Shown here: positions 58,897-61,166 of the stretch, in pieces
How the letters are laid out: each line of letters opens with the position of its first letter
How positions within the stretch are numbered: position 1 is the stretch's first letter
NCBI GenBank assembly: GCA_009780985.1
Contig: WQYZ01000003.1
Span: forward strand, 1 to 61,166
Direction: 5' to 3'
DNA: 61,166 nt
From: Oscillospiraceae bacterium
Lineage (GTDB): Bacteria > Bacillota > Clostridia > Oscillospirales > WRJC01
Made by a program: the position numbers and the translations under genes
Notes under the pieces: model-generated
The model's database searches: none
Told to the model about the DNA's origin: nothing
Seen by the model: the letters and a program-made list of their open reading frames with translations, nothing else

Positions 58897-61002
58897 TTAT
58901 TTTATCCCCTGCGCCAATAAAACCATAAGCCTGTTTAAAACGGTCGCGGCTTCCGCTCTTGTAAGAGTTTTCGCGGGCATAAACATGCCGTTTGAACCTT
59001 GTAAAAGTCCTAAATTTGTGCAGGTCCTCACGTCGTTTGTATATACCGGATTTATGGAGTTCAAATCGGAATAGTTAAGCGCGGGCGTAATAAATTTTGA
59101 CGTGTCGATTCCCGCATATTCCGCGGCTCTCGCTATCATATACGCCATTTCCTCGCGCGTGACCGCTTTGTTCGGATTATAGTCAAGCCCCGTCGCATAT
59201 CCGTTAAGCCCCATTGTATCGCCGGTTTGAATGTCGTTATAAAACCAATCCGAAGATTTTACGTCGCTGTAAGTCTTTGCAGTTTTCGGCGCGGGCGCGT
59301 TATATATATTTGACAAAACCCTTGTCAGCATTGCGCAGAATTCCGCGCGCGTCAAAGTGCCGTCGGGTTGATAAGTTCCGTCCGTATAACCGTTTACTAT
59401 AAACGAGTTCGCGGCGTTTAATATATCGGTTTTTGCCCAATGATTTGATATGTCGCTGAAGCTCGCGTTTCTCTGCGCTATCCAGTATGTGACTGCGCTT
59501 CTCGGCAGTTTTATTTTTATTACGCCGCCGGATTTAACCTGAGGAATCGGGAAAGCCGGGCTGCTCGTTATAAATCTGTAACTGTCGTCTTTTACGGGAA
59601 CGCTTAAATAAACGTTGTCAGGGAATTTACCGTTCAAATAAGCGGAACCTACACTATTGCCCGATTTGTCGTATACGGTGAAAGCGATGAAGTACAGAAA
59701 CTGCTGAGACGTGTCCATTTTAACCGCGAGATTATAATCCCCGGTCAGATAATCGCTTTTCAAGCCGTTTGCATAACTGAACGGAACGTCCAAATATCCG
59801 CCCGCAGTGAAATTAAATCTGAAAACTCCGTTGTTATATTGTTTGCAGAGGTCGGACATTGTCTTTGCGTTTATCAGACAGGTATAAACTCCGGTTTTGA
59901 TATTGTAACTGTAAATCCCGTTGTTTATATTGCTTATATTGTCCTGAACGTCAAACTTATCGATAATTGCGCCGGTCGAGTCAATTACGGTGAAGTTTAT
60001 ATTCGGGGTTTTTACCGGAACTGCCGTATTTTTCGTCGAGAACGTTGTTATGCCTGTCGTCTGTCCGGCGATTGTAACGATGCACGACAAAGTTATGGTT
60101 ACATTATTTATCGTTATGTCAACCATATATCTTCCGGAGTAACCTTCTGAAGCATTGTTTATTACAAGAGTGTCTCCCGTAGCGTTTGATATTAAAGTGC
60201 CTTTGGAATACCATTGATATTGTACAGAAGAATTGTTTTTATCGCTTACGTCAACTGAAAGCTCCAAATCTATGCCCGCCGCAGCATATATATTTGACGG
60301 AACTTTATGAAAATTCCACTCCACTTTTCTGAAATTACTGAACACGGAACTGTCGTATCCCGCTGCGTCCGACGGGATTATAAACACGCAGTTTGACGGA
60401 ACCCCGGCAAACGCGCTGCTTACTGCATTGTAAGCTGCGCCGTTTGAATTGAACGCCACCACTGTTTTAAGTCCGGCGCAGTTTGCAAAGGCATTTTCGC
60501 TTATGCTTGTCAAATACTGCGGAAGCGCAACGCTGTCGAGAACGTAACAGTTTGAAAAAGCGTTCGCGCCGATTGTCTGCACATACGGGCTTATACTAAC
60601 GTTTAAAAGAGAGTAGCAGTTCGCAAACGCGCTGTCCCCTATCGCGGTTACGCTCATCGGAATAGCTATGCTCTGTAAACCTGCGCAATTCTGAAACGCT
60701 CCGTCGGGAATTTTATTGTCTTTGAATGTCGCGTCTGTGAGATTAAGAGATATAATATTCGGCAGAGTTTTTATAAAATCACAGTCGGCTTTTGTGATTT
60801 GTCCGTTTCCGGTTATAGTCAGCACATAAACGCCTGTGTCGTTTGAACCAAACGCGGTTTCAAAATCCGCGTCGGAGCTGCTGTAATTCACCGTAAGATA
60901 AGCCGACGCCGCCGATATGGCGATATTCATAACCGGCACAATCAGAAATACCGCAATCAACAGAGATAATGCTTTTTTTAATTTATTTTTCATATTTACC
61001 AT
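58897..61002 (-). CDS. Surface protein: BspA/TpLRR leucine-rich repeats, Ig-like domain, three SLH repeats
   Basis: AFxNCxxLxSIxIPxxVTxIG repeats, YQWY Ig motif, FSDISNHWA / LTRAE / VTREE SLH motifs. Confidence 0.85.
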   Translation of the reverse strand: MVNMKNKLKKALSLLIAVFLIVPVMNIAISAASAYLTVNYSSSDADFETAFGSNDTGVYVLTITGNGQITKADCDFIKTLPNIISLNLTDATFKDNKIPDGAFQNCAGLQSIAIPMSVTAIGDSAFANCYSLLNVSISPYVQTIGANAFSNCYVLDSVALPQYLTSISENAFANCAGLKTVVAFNSNGAAYNAVSSAFAGVPSNCVFIIPSDAAGYDSSVFSNFRKVEWNFHKVPSNIYAAAGIDLELSVDVSDKNNSSVQYQWYSKGTLISNATGDTLVINNASEGYSGRYMVDITINNVTITLSCIVTIAGQTTGITTFSTKNTAVPVKTPNINFTVIDSTGAIIDKFDVQDNISNINNGIYSYNIKTGVYTCLINAKTMSDLCKQYNNGVFRFNFTAGGYLDVPFSYANGLKSDYLTGDYNLAVKMDTSQQFLYFIAFTVYDKSGNSVGSAYLNGKFPDNVYLSVPVKDDSYRFITSSPAFPIPQVKSGGVIKIKLPRSAVTYWIAQRNASFSDISNHWAKTDILNAANSFIVNGYTDGTYQPDGTLTRAEFCAMLTRVLSNIYNAPAPKTAKTYSDVKSSDWFYNDIQTGDTMGLNGYATGLDYNPNKAVTREEMAYMIARAAEYAGIDTSKFITPALNYSDLNSINPVYTNDVRTCTNLGLLQGSNGMFMPAKTLTRAEAATVLNRLMVLLAQGIK

Positions 61003-61058
61003 ATTACATTTAATCCTTTCTGTTATTTAATAATTATTTTTATATAAAACGCTTATTT

Positions 61059-61166
61059 TTATACAAAATCGAAAATACCGCAAAATGCTATGTCCGCCAA
61101 ACGCTTCAAACCGACTGCGCATTGTCCGGCTTTTTTTATATCGCCGAAAATCCCGAACAGAGCCGA
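61059..61166 (-). CDS. 3' end of a gene entering from window edge, possibly IspE (GHMP kinase) C-terminus
   Basis: Manual translation SALFGIFGDIKKAGQCAVGLKRL...*, resembling the (SGSG)SAVFGIF tail of IspE; only 35 residues visible. Confidence 0.4.
   Translation of the reverse strand, partial: SALFGIFGDIKKAGQCAVGLKRLADIAFCGIFDFV

Overview
AT-rich chromosomal window from a Clostridia-type (Oscillospiraceae-like) Firmicute; the taxon is inferred from gene content. Left (1-11 kb): partial URO-D-like gene, a decayed solute-binding-lipoprotein remnant, GH3 glycosidase, LysR/YeiH pair, fused MacB-like ABC transporter, a second URO-D-like gene and a MORN protein. 10.9-17 kb: trmK-rsmG-noc-parA-parB-serS partition locus with five perfect parS palindromes but without the usual mnmG/mnmE/rpmH/dnaA neighbours. 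18-20 kb: an orphan secreted, membrane-anchored Asn/Thr/Tyr/Arg-rich low-complexity protein. 22-34 kb: type II fatty-acid synthesis cluster (fabD, fabH, fabG, fabF, accB, fabZ, accC, accD, accA, acpP) interleaved with unrelated accessory genes. 34-44 kb: SBP, class B PBP, MCP, htpG, tRNA-His. 44-57 kb: accessory block with the most unusual system, a 2329-aa secreted protein (deacetylase-like barrel, 3x DUF4082-like, Ig, InlB-B repeats, its own cohesin and a C-terminal dockerin) next to a cohesin-SLH anchor with a paralogous cohesin, then a GH30-like enzyme and an orphan large serine recombinase. Five GTAG-type REP-like palindromic elements are scattered through intergenic spaces. All product calls come from motif recognition by eye; no searches were run.
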